A DNA stretch of 64,000 nt from an uncultured Poribacteria bacterium (GCA_958296135.2 CATQHZ020000001.1:3264001-3328000); one strand, 5' to 3'. Counted from the stretch's first letter, positions 1 through 9,830 are shown. The notes: generated by a model not told the origin, from the letters alone. Numbers and translations: made by a program.

Positions 1-780
1 GGCGAATTCGCGATTGGCGTTCCAAGAAAACCGTTCTATCGGTAGTTGCAAATCTTTGTCGCCTACCATGTCTAACAAGATGCCGTAGTCGGGCTTCCAC
101 CGCTGGTAGATGCGCGTTGTCAGGGCGTTGGCGAAGAACCGTGAGCCGATGAACATATTGTCGGTGGTTCTGCCATAATCTTCGCCATCGAAAAGGACAA
201 TAATAATCCGACGTGGCGGCGGGTATGCCTTTAAAATTCGCGCGATTTCCAAGAGGACAGCAACTCCGGACGCGCCATCGTTTGCCCCCAAAATAGGTTT
301 ATTCCGATTCTCTGGGGCTGCGTCCCGGTCTGCCATGGGGCGCGTATCCCAATGTGCCGCTAATAGCAGCGTTTCACTGCCTACTTTTCCGAACTCCGCC
401 AAAATGTTGTTGAGATGCAACGTTGCGGTGTCTGTCTTAAACTCGTGCGGCTGCAACACGACGGTATCGGCGTATTTCTGGAGTTCGGCGAATAGATACG
501 CCTGCGTTTTTCGATGCGCGGCGGTACCGGGAGGTCTCGGGCCGAATTGGCACTGTTTTTCCAAATAGGCAAAGGCACGCGGGGCATCAAATGTTGGCGA
601 ACCTCCAGCAGTCCGCGGGGTATAATTCGCGGCGTTTTCCCCGTCGCCAATCGAATCTGCGCAAGCCAACAAACAGGTGCAGGCAAAAAACGTGACGCAG
701 CATAACAGGAACCGAACAGTGCCTTTTCTGTTATATCTAGGAACCCTCGCGACGCAGAAAGCGTTCTTACCGATTTTCAT
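1..780 (-). CDS. M28 family peptidase / glutaminyl cyclase-like protein, runs off the window edge
   Basis: Manual translation from ATG at 780 gives LAAHWDTRP, GANDGASGVAVLLE, FDGED and LLDMVG; absent from the ORF track because it is truncated. Confidence 0.85.
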   Translation of the reverse strand, partial: MKIGKNAFCVARVPRYNRKGTVRFLLCCVTFFACTCLLACADSIGDGENAANYTPRTAGGSPTFDAPRAFAYLEKQCQFGPRPPGTAAHRKTQAYLFAELQKYADTVVLQPHEFKTDTATLHLNNILAEFGKVGSETLLLAAHWDTRPMADRDAAPENRNKPILGANDGASGVAVLLEIARILKAYPPPRRIIIVLFDGEDYGRTTDNMFIGSRFFANALTTRIYQRWKPDYGILLDMVGDKDLQLPIERFSWNANREFA

Positions 781-786
781 GAGCCT

Positions 787-1377
787 TTATACCTCGCGTC
801 TTCCCTCCAACGCTTTCGCCAGCGTCACCTCGTCTATGTATTCCAAATCGCCGCCGAAGGGGATACCGTATGCGATACGGCTGACTGTGATGTCAAAGGT
901 TTCTAAGTGTTGCGTGAGATAGAGCGCAGTTGCCTGTCCCTCCGTCGTCAAATTCGTCGCGAGAATAATCTCTTTGACATCGTTGAGCCGCTGGAAAAGC
1001 GAATTAATTCTGAGCTCATCCGGACCGACACCATCTAGCGGTGACAGCACGCCGCCGAGCACATGGTATAACCCTTTATAGCCGTTCGTGCGTTCAATAG
1101 CCCACAGATCATCGGATTCTTCGACGACGCAGATAACCTGCTTGTCGCGGCGTGAATTGGTGCAGATGTGGCAGGGGTTTGCATCCGTAATCGCGCCACA
1201 GACGTTGCAGTAAGAGAGGAGCCGTTTCACCTCGGCAATAGCTTTTGCGATTTGGGCAGTCTCCGGTTCAGGCAACTTTAGCATAAAAAACGCTAGCCGT
1301 TGCGCGGTTTTCTGCCCAATTGTCGGCAATTTTTGGAGTTGGGTGATGAGCTGTGCCAACGGCCGCGGGTATTCCAT
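787..1377 (-). CDS. recR: Recombination mediator RecR
   Basis: LPTIGQKTAQRLAF helix-hairpin-helix, C4 zinc finger, Toprim domain (YHVLGGVLSPLDG); start trimmed to MEYPRP. Confidence 0.97.
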   Translation of the reverse strand: MEYPRPLAQLITQLQKLPTIGQKTAQRLAFFMLKLPEPETAQIAKAIAEVKRLLSYCNVCGAITDANPCHICTNSRRDKQVICVVEESDDLWAIERTNGYKGLYHVLGGVLSPLDGVGPDELRINSLFQRLNDVKEIILATNLTTEGQATALYLTQHLETFDITVSRIAYGIPFGGDLEYIDEVTLAKALEGRREV

Positions 1378-1512
1378 TTTCTTGTTGTTCGCAAGGCGTT
1401 CAATAACGTGCGTTGGGGCAATAACGTTCGTTGCCATCGAGCCGTCTTCGCCGTTGGCGAAGAATACTTTCTTGGAGCTGCGCGCTTTGAAACTGCGCCT
1501 ACGGAAGAGGGC

Positions 1513-1821
1513 TTACGGGAGTCCCGGAATTTTCACGCCGCCGGTGAGTTTGCTCATTTCCACGGAAATCAACTCCTGCGATTCCCGGAGTGCCTCGTTG
1601 ATGGCGGCAACAACCAGGTCTTCCAACATCTCGGTATCTTCCGGATCGACAGCTTCAGGGGCGATACGGAGTGAGACGACTTCTTGTTGGCCGTTAACAA
1701 CGGCAGTTACCATGCCGCCGCCGACGGTTGCCTCAACGGTGCGATTTGCGAGTTCTTCTCGGATCTCCAGCATCCGCTTTTGCATCTGCTGTGCCTGTTT
1801 CATCAGGTCGTTCATTTTCAT
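1513..1821 (-). CDS. ybaB: YbaB/EbfC nucleoid-associated protein
   Basis: MKQAQQMQ, GGGMVT and LEDLVVAAINEA motifs; dnaX-ybaB-recR synteny. Confidence 0.95.
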   Translation of the reverse strand: MKMNDLMKQAQQMQKRMLEIREELANRTVEATVGGGMVTAVVNGQQEVVSLRIAPEAVDPEDTEMLEDLVVAAINEALRESQELISVEMSKLTGGVKIPGLP

Positions 1822-2062
1822 ATCTTTCGTTGTTCCTAGCGGTTGTTCAGCTGCTATGCGGCAGTGAAGGTTGTCTTATCAGGCAGCATTGAGATTGTCA
1901 ATGCTTACGGTTCTAGTGTTACAATTGTAACACGTAAACTACACGGCGAGGTTTTTTGTATGGCGCAAGGCGTGATAACCGACTTTCTAGGCTTGAACCT
2001 CAGAAGTATCTTCACACCGCTTTGCAAACGACAGAAAACCTCGCGCTACGGTTTTAGTACAG

Positions 2063-3868
2063 TTATTGCGTTTCTAAAATTTTCGCGTCAAAAAGGTTCA
2101 GCGCGGCTCGGAGCCGCGGATCGTCTTCCGCCGCCATCTTACGGACGAGGGGTGTCATCTTCTGCACATCGCGTTTATCCGATACACCTGCATTTGCAGT
2201 ACCCTGTGCATCGGGAAGTGCCGCCTTATGCGGGACAATGTCTAACTTTGCTAATTCCACCTCAATAGGTTGCCCCACTAACTCGCTCAACGTCTTAGCG
2301 ATGAGCTGCTTGTCTTCATCGACAGCCATAGAAAAATACGTTGGTGAACACGCAATTTTGACAACGTTTGTGCCGTTGACAGAAGGCACCGCGCCGCTTA
2401 GCAACCCATGTTTTAGTTTCATCGGAAGTTGAGCCTTCACTTCTTCCCAAAAAGTGCCGATTTCACTGAGGGGGCGATAGGAATTTCCTGACATCTCCGC
2501 CGGAGGCTGCTGCGGTTCGGGGCGTGTTACAGGTTCACTCCTGACGGAGGCACGCGAGGAGGTTTCAAAACGGCGTGCATCTCCATGCCCAACCCGCGGC
2601 ACGCTCGCTGGCTGCGACTGCTCACGCCGAAACGCCGGTTGTGGGGCATCCGTCGTACGGCTATCAGGAAGCAGTGCAGCTGGCGCACCACCCGAATCTA
2701 ACTTTTGTTCCAACGCCGACAATTTTCCGACGATTTCCTGAAGTTGAATGCCCTCCTCAAGGGAGTCCAGTTGAATGAGTGCGCCCTCTAATTGAAGTTG
2801 CGCGTAACCATACTGTTTGATATCCCGGCTGGTGTACATCAAAATTTTGATAATCCGCGACAGCCGAGGAACAGACATCTGCTCAGCCTTCTGCTTGAGT
2901 TCAGGCAGATCGGATTTGGGACTTTGGATTAATTCAACGAGATTGCTATCAATCGCCAAGAGCCGCAGGTCGCGAAAATAGACAATTAATTGATGTAGGC
3001 ACTGCGTCAAATCCGTTCCCTGTTTCACCAATTTGTTCAGCGTTGCAAGCCCCTCGGCGAGGTTGCGTTCGGCAATCGCCTTGGTGAGCTCACCGAGCAG
3101 GAAACTGGAGCCGAGACCGAGCGTCTGCTCAACGGTTTCAACGGTCACGTTCTTTCCTGCGGAGGATACAAGGCGTTCTAGCAGGTTTTCGGCATCCCGC
3201 AGACACCCTTCGGATTGCCGTGTGATGAGCGACAGCACGTCTAAATCCGCCGAAATCTCCTCCGCTTTGGCAATCAACGTGAGCCGCTCAATGATCTTCT
3301 CATCTTCCAAGTGCCGGAAATCAAAATCTTGGCAGCGGGAGGTGATCGTCTTCGGAATTTTGGCATGCTCGGTTGTTGCCATGATGAAAATGACATGCGG
3401 CGGGGGTTCCTCCAGCGTTTTGAGTAAGGCGTTGAAGGCTTCAGTCGTGAGCATGTGTGCTTCATCGATGATGTAGATTTTGTAGGTGCAGTTGGCGGGC
3501 GCGAGTTTGACGTTTTCCCGCAGTTCCCGAATCGGATCGATGCCGCGATTAGAGGCGGCATCTGTCTCTATGACATCAAAAGATTTCCCTTGCGAGATGT
3601 CAATGCAGCGCTCACAGCCGTTGCAAGGTTCTGCTGTAGGTGACTTGTCAAATTCAGTCTCATGAATGCGATTCGGACAGTTGACAGCTTTGGCAAAAAT
3701 GCGCGCAACCGTGGTCTTCCCCGTGCCTCGGGGACCCCAGAAGAGATAGGCGTGCCCAACGCGTTCAGACAGAATCTGATTTTCTAGCGTTGTGGTAACG
3801 TGCTGCTGTCCGACAACGTCGCCGAAGTTTTGAGGGCGCCATTTTTGTGCAAGAACTTCGTATGCCAT
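2063..3868 (-). CDS. dnaX: DNA polymerase III subunit gamma/tau
   Basis: KWRPQNF, GPRGTGKTT, IIDEAHML, SRC motif. Confidence 0.97.
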   Translation of the reverse strand: MAYEVLAQKWRPQNFGDVVGQQHVTTTLENQILSERVGHAYLFWGPRGTGKTTVARIFAKAVNCPNRIHETEFDKSPTAEPCNGCERCIDISQGKSFDVIETDAASNRGIDPIRELRENVKLAPANCTYKIYIIDEAHMLTTEAFNALLKTLEEPPPHVIFIMATTEHAKIPKTITSRCQDFDFRHLEDEKIIERLTLIAKAEEISADLDVLSLITRQSEGCLRDAENLLERLVSSAGKNVTVETVEQTLGLGSSFLLGELTKAIAERNLAEGLATLNKLVKQGTDLTQCLHQLIVYFRDLRLLAIDSNLVELIQSPKSDLPELKQKAEQMSVPRLSRIIKILMYTSRDIKQYGYAQLQLEGALIQLDSLEEGIQLQEIVGKLSALEQKLDSGGAPAALLPDSRTTDAPQPAFRREQSQPASVPRVGHGDARRFETSSRASVRSEPVTRPEPQQPPAEMSGNSYRPLSEIGTFWEEVKAQLPMKLKHGLLSGAVPSVNGTNVVKIACSPTYFSMAVDEDKQLIAKTLSELVGQPIEVELAKLDIVPHKAALPDAQGTANAGVSDKRDVQKMTPLVRKMAAEDDPRLRAALNLFDAKILETQ

Positions 3869-4153
3869 GAGCGTATCCGGTTTTCTGTTGTTTCGCCAAG
3901 CGTTCGGTTAGGTTTATCTTGGCACTGCTGTCATTCACAAGGCCTTCGTTTAGGCACAAGGCGTTCGTTTAGGGGGGTTGGGGGCAATCACGTCTGCCTG
4001 CGTCAGCCGTCATCGACGTTGCCGATGACTACGTTTCTGAATATGCTGACGCGCGGGGTGCTGTAGCTAAGTTTTGACTCTCAGCGGAGTTTGCCCGGGC
4101 GGATATAGAAATCCGACACTACGTTTACCGGGCATCTCCAACGTTCAGAAACA

Positions 4154-4423
4154 TGGCTATGAACCCAGAGTTGACAGGCTCTTCCGGGCGTTGCCCGCGT
4201 CGTTAACTCAGGCCAGGCTACCTTGCGTCACACGAGAAGCCTATTTACCGCTGCTTCCTTCCGGACCTGACGGGGTTCAACAGGTTCTCGTTGCTCAAGA
4301 CCCAACCTTCAACACCACGTGCGCGGGACAGTCCCCACAAAAACAGGCCGCATACCGGGGGTTCCGTTCTGCTATAGCGGATTGCAGATACAGGGCACCG
4401 CTACCTCCCCACCTATCATAGCC
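4154..4423 (-). ncRNA. ffs: Large bacterial SRP RNA (about 270 nt, with Alu domain)
   Basis: Minus strand has the helix-8 core TCAGGTCCGGAAGGAAGCAGC, a 5' Alu-like GGGGAGGTAGCGGTGCCCTGTA..TGCAATCCGCT segment and terminal pairing GGCTATGA/TCATAGCC; lies upstream of dnaX. Confidence 0.93.
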
Positions 4424-4579
4424 AAGACGTAAGATTGCGCGCTTCCAATGCGCGACTACCGAGTGAAGTTGCGCATGGCAGATCGGACAGGCGAAACATT
4501 CGCGCCAGCGTTTACTATGGGGTTGCCTGCAAAGTTCGACCGCGTCTAAATGACGGGCACCTGCAGGCAACCCGCGAAG

Positions 4580-4669
4580 CGGAGAGAGTGGGATTCGAAC
4601 CCACGGTACTGCACAACAGCACACATGATTTCCAATCATGCCAGTTCAACCAGACTCCTGCATCTCTCC
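4580..4669 (-). tRNA. tRNA-Ser(GGA)
   Basis: Cloverleaf; anticodon arm CATGA-TT-GGA-AA-TCATG, long variable arm, GTTCGAATC. Confidence 0.95.
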
Positions 4670-4689
4670 CAAAGATATATTTTCATAGA

Positions 4690-4762
4690 TGGAGCAGACG
4701 GGATTTGAACCCGTGACCTCGTCCGTGCGAGGGACGCACTCTCCCAGCTGAGCTACTGCCCC
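4690..4762 (-). tRNA. tRNA-Ala(CGC)
   Basis: GGGGCAG acceptor stem with G3:U70; anticodon arm CGTCC-CT-CGC-AC-GGACG. Confidence 0.95.
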
Positions 4763-4811
4763 AAGGTGCCGTAAAGGCTACCGAAATTGAGTAACAAATG
4801 AATCGAAAAAG

Positions 4812-4896
4812 CGGAGAGAGTGGGATTCGAACCCACGGTGACTTGCGCCACAACAGTTTTCGAGACTGTCCAGTTCAACCGCTCCTGCATCTCTCC
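4812..4896 (-). tRNA. tRNA-Ser(CGA)
   Basis: Anticodon arm ACAGT-CT-CGA-AA-ACTGT; long variable arm. Confidence 0.95.
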
Positions 4897-5004
4897 TTAT
4901 GAAATTTTCTGTCGCTCGCAATGCATTTGATAACGTGCGTTGGAGCAATAACGTGCATTGGCGAAGACTCGCTTTTTGATGCTATTGCTATAGCCATTGC
5001 ACGC

Positions 5005-5454
5005 CTATCGGCGTTGCCGAAAAAAGGCTTTCAAGAGCGCGCTGCTCTCTTCTGCCAGCACCCCACTGATGAGCTCAACCCGATGGTTCAAGCGTTCATC
5101 TTGAAGAATGTTGTAAAGCGTGCCGGCGGCACCCGATTTCGGATCGGGAGTGGCGTAAACGACTTTGGGAATACGCGCCAGCACTATCGCCCCGGCGCAC
5201 ATCGCACACGGCTCCAGCGTCACATAAAGCGTCGTACCCGTAAATCGCCAGTTACCAACCTTTTCCGTGGCATCCTGTATCACCAACATCTCAGCGTGGG
5301 CGATGGGACTGCCGCGCTGTTCGCGGAGGTTGAATCCCTCTGCGAGCGGCACGCCATCCTTGACAAGCACGGCACCGACCGGCACTTCGCCTTTTTCACC
5401 GGCTTGGCGTGCTAATGCCAAGGCGCGTCTCATCCAGAAGGAATCGTTATCCAA
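5005..5454 (-). CDS. tadA: tRNA adenosine(34) deaminase
   Basis: EVPVGAV, HAE, TLEPCAMC, FFRQRR; TTG start after GGAGG. Confidence 0.95.
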   Translation of the reverse strand: MDNDSFWMRRALALARQAGEKGEVPVGAVLVKDGVPLAEGFNLREQRGSPIAHAEMLVIQDATEKVGNWRFTGTTLYVTLEPCAMCAGAIVLARIPKVVYATPDPKSGAAGTLYNILQDERLNHRVELISGVLAEESSALLKAFFRQRR

Positions 5455-5471
5455 ACTCCTCCCTCCTTCAA

Positions 5472-5545
5472 AGCGCCTGAGAGGATTCGAACCCCCGGCC
5501 TTCTGATCCGTAGTCAGATGCTCTAATCCACTGAGCTACAGGCGC
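5472..5545 (-). tRNA. tRNA-Arg(ACG)
   Basis: Anticodon arm TCTGA-CT-ACG-GA-TCAGA. Confidence 0.95.
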
Positions 5546-5582
5546 GCGTGCAAAGTTTCCTATCCACTGAGAATATTAGAAG

Positions 5583-5667
5583 CGGAGAGGGTGGGATTCG
5601 AACCCACGGTGACTTGCGCCACAACGGTTTAGCAAACCGTCCAGTTCAGCCGCTCCTGCACCTCTCC
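5583..5667 (-). tRNA. tRNA-Ser(GCT)
   Basis: Anticodon arm ACGGT-TT-GCT-AA-ACCGT; long variable arm. Confidence 0.95.
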
Positions 5668-5717
5668 CTTTTCAATTTCACGATTATGCCGCAAATTATA
5701 CCAAATTTACCGCTATA

Positions 5718-5763
5718 GTTCGGGCTCGCAACCCGCCGATGCTAGTGACATCGGCAGCCCGGC
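5718..5763. repeat. Dispersed palindromic element; second copy inverted at about 57186-57232
   Basis: gttcgggctcgcaacccgccgatgctagtgacatcggcagcccg closely matches the reverse complement of 57186-57232. Confidence 0.8.
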
Positions 5764-5892
5764 ACTGACCTGGGAATAGACAGAGCCATCCCCTAGGTGA
5801 CATGCAGGTCAGAATCAGCCGAATCTCAATCTACGGCAGCAAGACGAATCAACCTAATTTGGTATTAGGTGGGCATGTCACCGAAGCTGCGG
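5764..5892 (-). ncRNA. Candidate pseudoknotted structured RNA inside the tRNA operon
   Basis: Crossing helices GGTGACATGC/GCATGTCACC and CTGACCT/AGGTCAG plus three hairpins; family not recognised. Confidence 0.4.
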
Positions 5893-5912
5893 TTTCCCTC
5901 GTGAGAGGGAAA

Positions 5913-5997
5913 CGGTGGGAGTAGGATTCGAACCCACGGTAGCTTGCGCTACAACGGTTTTCAAGACCGCCGCTTTCGTCCACTCAGCCATCCCACC
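5913..5997 (-). tRNA. tRNA-Ser(TGA)
   Basis: Anticodon arm GCGGT-CT-TGA-AA-ACCGT; long variable arm. Confidence 0.95.
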
Positions 5998-6021
5998 CAC
6001 TTTTGTGATTTTCTAACGTTA

Positions 6022-6050
6022 ATTATACACTATATAAAACGGTTTGTCAA
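6022..6050 (-). promoter_or_regulatory. Sigma-70 promoter of the tRNA operon (proximal)
   Basis: Perfect TTGACA-N17-TATAAT on the minus strand. Confidence 0.85.
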
Positions 6051-6134
6051 GGGAAATTGCAATTTTTAAGGAAAAAAGCTGCAAATTTCCGACAAAATGT
6101 GAAAGATTAAGCATTTCTGCCGCACACATTATAT

Positions 6135-6163
6135 AGTATACCATAAAAAACGATAATTGTCAA
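6135..6163 (-). promoter_or_regulatory. Sigma-70 promoter of the tRNA operon (distal)
   Basis: TTGACA-N17-TATACT with an AT-rich upstream tract. Confidence 0.75.
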
Positions 6164-6424
6164 ATTTATTTAAAAAAATTCTTTCGTGATAACGCGCGAT
6201 TTCGCCATGAAGACATATAGGACGTTTGGACAAGGCGAAGGACAGTGGACATCTCTGCGGAGAAACCCGCAGAGATGACAGCGTTAAAGGTAGTGTGCTT
6301 TCGCGTGGCGACACACGCACGTTTGCTGTAGGCGTGCCCGTAACGGCCCTCGCCCTACGGGTTAAAGGGTGCTGCTAGCCCTGCGAGGAAAAGGCCCTCG
6401 TGATACGAACACGCGAGAGGCGCG

Positions 6425-7057
6425 TTAGGTCTCGCCATTCCACGTGAGCGGCTCGTTCCGCAGATAAGGCAGCAGGAGCGTCCTAAGCCGCTTGTGCGCG
6501 TGATGCAGGTGCGCTTTAATGGTGCCCTCGGACCGGTTCAGGCGTGCGGCGATTTCCTTAATGGGGAGTTCTTCGCGGTGACGCAGGTTAAAGACGCGCC
6601 GCTGCCCCGGGGGCAGTTGACTCACTGCCTTCCGGATGATGCATCCGAGTTCCCTATCCTCGGCGAGTCGCGAGGCAGGCGGTTGCATCTCTGTCATCCG
6701 GAGTTCTTCGTCCGGATTGAGCGGTAACTCTTCAAACGCAAACACTTTGTTTCGGTTGCGTTGGCGTAGGAAATCGATGCTGCAATTGACGGCGATGCGG
6801 TAAAGCCACGTGTAAAACGCGGCATCCCCTTTGAAGTTCGGCAGTGCCTGAAACGCTTTCAGAAAGGTGTCTTGGCACAAGTCTTTCGCCGCCTCCCTAT
6901 CGTGAACGCGTTGGCAAATAAGGGTGTAGATTTTCTGCTGATATTTCCGCATGAGTGGGTTGAAAGCTTCGGTATCGCCACTTTGAAACCGCTCAACGAG
7001 CTCGCGTTCGTCCTCGGTGTCCGTGAACAGAGCGTCGGGATAATCTGTACGTTCCAT
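6425..7057 (-). CDS. ECF (group 4) sigma factor
   Basis: Region 2 (DLCQDTFLKAF, FYTWLYRIAVN) and region 4 (IKEIAARLNRSEGTIK); no adjacent anti-sigma gene. Confidence 0.92.
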   Translation of the reverse strand: MERTDYPDALFTDTEDERELVERFQSGDTEAFNPLMRKYQQKIYTLICQRVHDREAAKDLCQDTFLKAFQALPNFKGDAAFYTWLYRIAVNCSIDFLRQRNRNKVFAFEELPLNPDEELRMTEMQPPASRLAEDRELGCIIRKAVSQLPPGQRRVFNLRHREELPIKEIAARLNRSEGTIKAHLHHAHKRLRTLLLPYLRNEPLTWNGET

Positions 7058-7408
7058 TTTGTTTCCTCCGGGTTGAATCGAAATCCATTTTCAGTAGATG
7101 AGGGGTTACGCAAACCCATCATTACCGGTGGGTGCGCGGTAGAAGCACGCCGGATGCCAATGCATGGTTCCAAACCGCGGCTACTGTGGACATGCTGTGT
7201 CTGTCTCTATTATATAGAGTCAATTCGGACGAAAAAGGATAGTAAAAAAACAAAAATTCTTCCGCTATCAGTTTACACACTGCAGGTTTCAAAAAGTTCC
7301 CGATTTTTCTTTTAGACACGTTAAAGCGGTTTTTTGTTCAATTTTATTCTCTTGACATGCATCTCCAATTCGGGTACAGTCACACAAAACGCTTTGTGAG
7401 GGATTCTG

Positions 7409-8836
7409 ATGCGCCGGTATAGCATTCAAACCAAAATCGTTTTGCCATTTCTGCTGCTCTTCGCTGTTGTTACCGTCGTTTTGCCGTTGATAACGGTAGA
7501 ATTTTTCGCATGGAAATACGGCGAGCAGTTTACGCGCGAGACGCAAGGGTGGCTCGATGTCATCATTGAAACGGGTTACATCCGGAACAACGAGAAGGTG
7601 AAGCAGGCGTATAGCGTGGAGGTGATGATTTTTGGCTCGGATTACACGCTTAATACGAGCACGCTGACCGGGCTCCCCGATGAAGAGCAAGATTGGGAAA
7701 ATTTGGCAGAGAAAATGCGGCTCCGGGAAGTTAAGCAACGCCTTTTAGCAATGACAGACGGGGTTGAGGGACAAGTCCTTGCGCTACAGATTCATTCAGA
7801 TAGTGCGCCTATTACGCACGATATAACACTCGGTGGGCGGCCCTACAAAGTCTTTTATCTATTGCTTTCGCCCGGACGATTCTACTGCCTGCTGCGGCCG
7901 ATGGAAGAGATTGCGGCGGCGAAACGGACACTCGCCTGGTCCATGTTCGGGATGGGTATTCTGGTGATGGCGACGGTTGCACTCATCAGTCACCTCATCG
8001 GTAGAAATTTGACGGTGCCGATTAAATCTCTCGTCGAATTTACGCAGCGCGTCGCGAGAGGAAAGTTGGATGAGACGTGTGAGGTGAAGACACAGGATGA
8101 AATTGGCGAACTAGCGGCTGCGTTTAATGCAATGACGCAGGAACTTGAGCAGTCGCGAGATAAGTTAATTCAGGCCGAACGGCTGGCAACGGCGGGGAAA
8201 ATGTCTGCTTCGTTCGCGCATGAAATTCGGAATCCGTTATCCTCAATGCGGATGTTGGGACAAATGCTGATGCGGAAAAGAGATATTTCTGCCGAACGGC
8301 ACCAACAATCCGTCCGTTATATCCTTGAGGAGATCGAACGAATTGATGGGATTGTGAAAGGCTTGATGGATTTCGCTCGTCCAACGACGTTGAATCTAGT
8401 GAAGCAACCGCTGATGCCTGCATTGCAAGGCGTGTTATCGCTAATGGAAGCGAACCTCGTGCATCATCAGATTGGGTTGGTGCAACGATTTGCGCCAGGG
8501 CTCCCCGAGATTCGGTTTGATTTGGACAAACTCAAGCAAGCGTTCATGAACGTGGTTTTGAACGCGCTCGAGGCGATGCCGCAGGGCGGCACGTTGACGG
8601 TATCGGCTATTGAGACAGAGGAAAAGATATGCATCAAGGTTACAGATACAGGCGTGGGCATACGAGAGGAAGATTTGCCACAACTATTTGAACCGTTTTT
8701 TACGCGGAAAACGAAGGGGACAGGGCTCGGCTTGGCAAACGTCAAGCGAGTTCTTGAGGAACATGGCGGTAGCGTTTCGGTGGAGAGCACGCTTGCGGAA
8801 GGGACTACGGTTTCGATGTGGTTACCGAGTGCGTAA
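7409..8836 (+). CDS. Membrane sensor histidine kinase (HAMP-HisKA-HATPase)
   Basis: Two TM segments, HAMP, AHEIRNPL H-box, N box, DTGVG and GTGLGL. Confidence 0.93.
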   Translation: MRRYSIQTKIVLPFLLLFAVVTVVLPLITVEFFAWKYGEQFTRETQGWLDVIIETGYIRNNEKVKQAYSVEVMIFGSDYTLNTSTLTGLPDEEQDWENLAEKMRLREVKQRLLAMTDGVEGQVLALQIHSDSAPITHDITLGGRPYKVFYLLLSPGRFYCLLRPMEEIAAAKRTLAWSMFGMGILVMATVALISHLIGRNLTVPIKSLVEFTQRVARGKLDETCEVKTQDEIGELAAAFNAMTQELEQSRDKLIQAERLATAGKMSASFAHEIRNPLSSMRMLGQMLMRKRDISAERHQQSVRYILEEIERIDGIVKGLMDFARPTTLNLVKQPLMPALQGVLSLMEANLVHHQIGLVQRFAPGLPEIRFDLDKLKQAFMNVVLNALEAMPQGGTLTVSAIETEEKICIKVTDTGVGIREEDLPQLFEPFFTRKTKGTGLGLANVKRVLEEHGGSVSVESTLAEGTTVSMWLPSA

Positions 8837-8903
8837 AAAGTTTTCCTTGATTTTTCCCGAATTGTTAGGTATAATTGTTACATATTTCCAAAAGGAGGAA
8901 GAA

Positions 8904-9830
8904 ATGGCAAGAAAAAAAATTAGTGTCATCGGCGCAGGGAACGTCGGTGCAACAGCGGCGTTCCTCATCGCGCAAAAACAACTCGCCGATGTCGTCATGA
9001 TCGACATCATAGATGGAGTCCCACAAGGTAAGGCACTTGATATGGCGCAGACATCCCCCGTCGAGATGTTCGATGCAGCAATTGATGGAAACATCGATTA
9101 CGTCGCAACCGCCGACTCCGATCTCGTTATTATCACATCAGGCTCCCCACGTAAACCGGGAATGACGCGCGAAGATCTATTGCAAACGAACGCCAACATC
9201 GTGGGCAGCGTTACGGAGAACGTCGTCAAGCATTCACCCGATTGCATCCTGATGATGCTCACGAATCCGTTGGACATCATGACGTATCACGCCTGGAAGG
9301 TCTCGGGGTTTCCCTCACATCAAGTCGTCGGACAAGCGGGGGTGCTTGATTCAGCACGGTTCCGCTATTTTATCTCGCTGGAGTTAGGGGTTTCCGTAGA
9401 AGACATCCACGCGCTCGTACTCGGTGGCCACGGGGACACGATGGTGCCGCTACCGCGCTATACGACTGTCAATGGCATCCCGATTCCGCAGCTTATTCCG
9501 CACGAACGGATTGAGGCGATGGCGCAACGCACTCGCGATGGCGGGGCGGAAATAGTGAACCTCCTCAAGACAAGTGGATATTATGCCGCGGGGGCATCGT
9601 TAGCACAGATGGCGGAGGCGATTATTCTGGACAAAAAACGGCTGTTACCGTGCTCCGCGCATCTCACAGGGCAGTACGGCATCGATGACCTGTATATCGG
9701 GGTGCCTATCAAACTGGGCGCGAACGGTGTTGAGGAGATTATTGAAATCGAATTGACGAGTGATGAACTCGCGTCCTTGCAGCATTCCGCGCAAACCTAT
9801 CGGGAAGGGATTGCGCTGCTAGGCTACTAA
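8904..9830 (+). CDS. mdh: Malate dehydrogenase (LDH-like)
   Basis: IGAGNVG, PRKPGMTREDL, LGGHGD; AGGAGG RBS before ATG 8904. Confidence 0.95.
   Translation: MARKKISVIGAGNVGATAAFLIAQKQLADVVMIDIIDGVPQGKALDMAQTSPVEMFDAAIDGNIDYVATADSDLVIITSGSPRKPGMTREDLLQTNANIVGSVTENVVKHSPDCILMMLTNPLDIMTYHAWKVSGFPSHQVVGQAGVLDSARFRYFISLELGVSVEDIHALVLGGHGDTMVPLPRYTTVNGIPIPQLIPHERIEAMAQRTRDGGAEIVNLLKTSGYYAAGASLAQMAEAIILDKKRLLPCSAHLTGQYGIDDLYIGVPIKLGANGVEEIIEIELTSDELASLQHSAQTYREGIALLGY

Noticed and set aside
5764-5892. Group I intron or HDV/theta ribozyme
   Set aside because: Lacks the conserved R/S sequences and J8/7, lacks the HDV P3/L3 element, and does not interrupt a tRNA
4580-6000. Prophage or island integrated at the tRNAs
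   Set aside because: No integrase and no duplicated tRNA 3' end elsewhere in the window
7122-7193. 23-aa leader peptide upstream of the ECF sigma gene
   Set aside because: Weak RBS, no attenuator structure or codon bias to support it
8610-8903. N-terminal extensions in the ORF track (mdh, recR, thuA, paralog 2, CoxD-like ATPase, ABC ATPase)
   Set aside because: They overlap neighbouring genes or repeats; downstream starts fit the family N-termini and RBS positions
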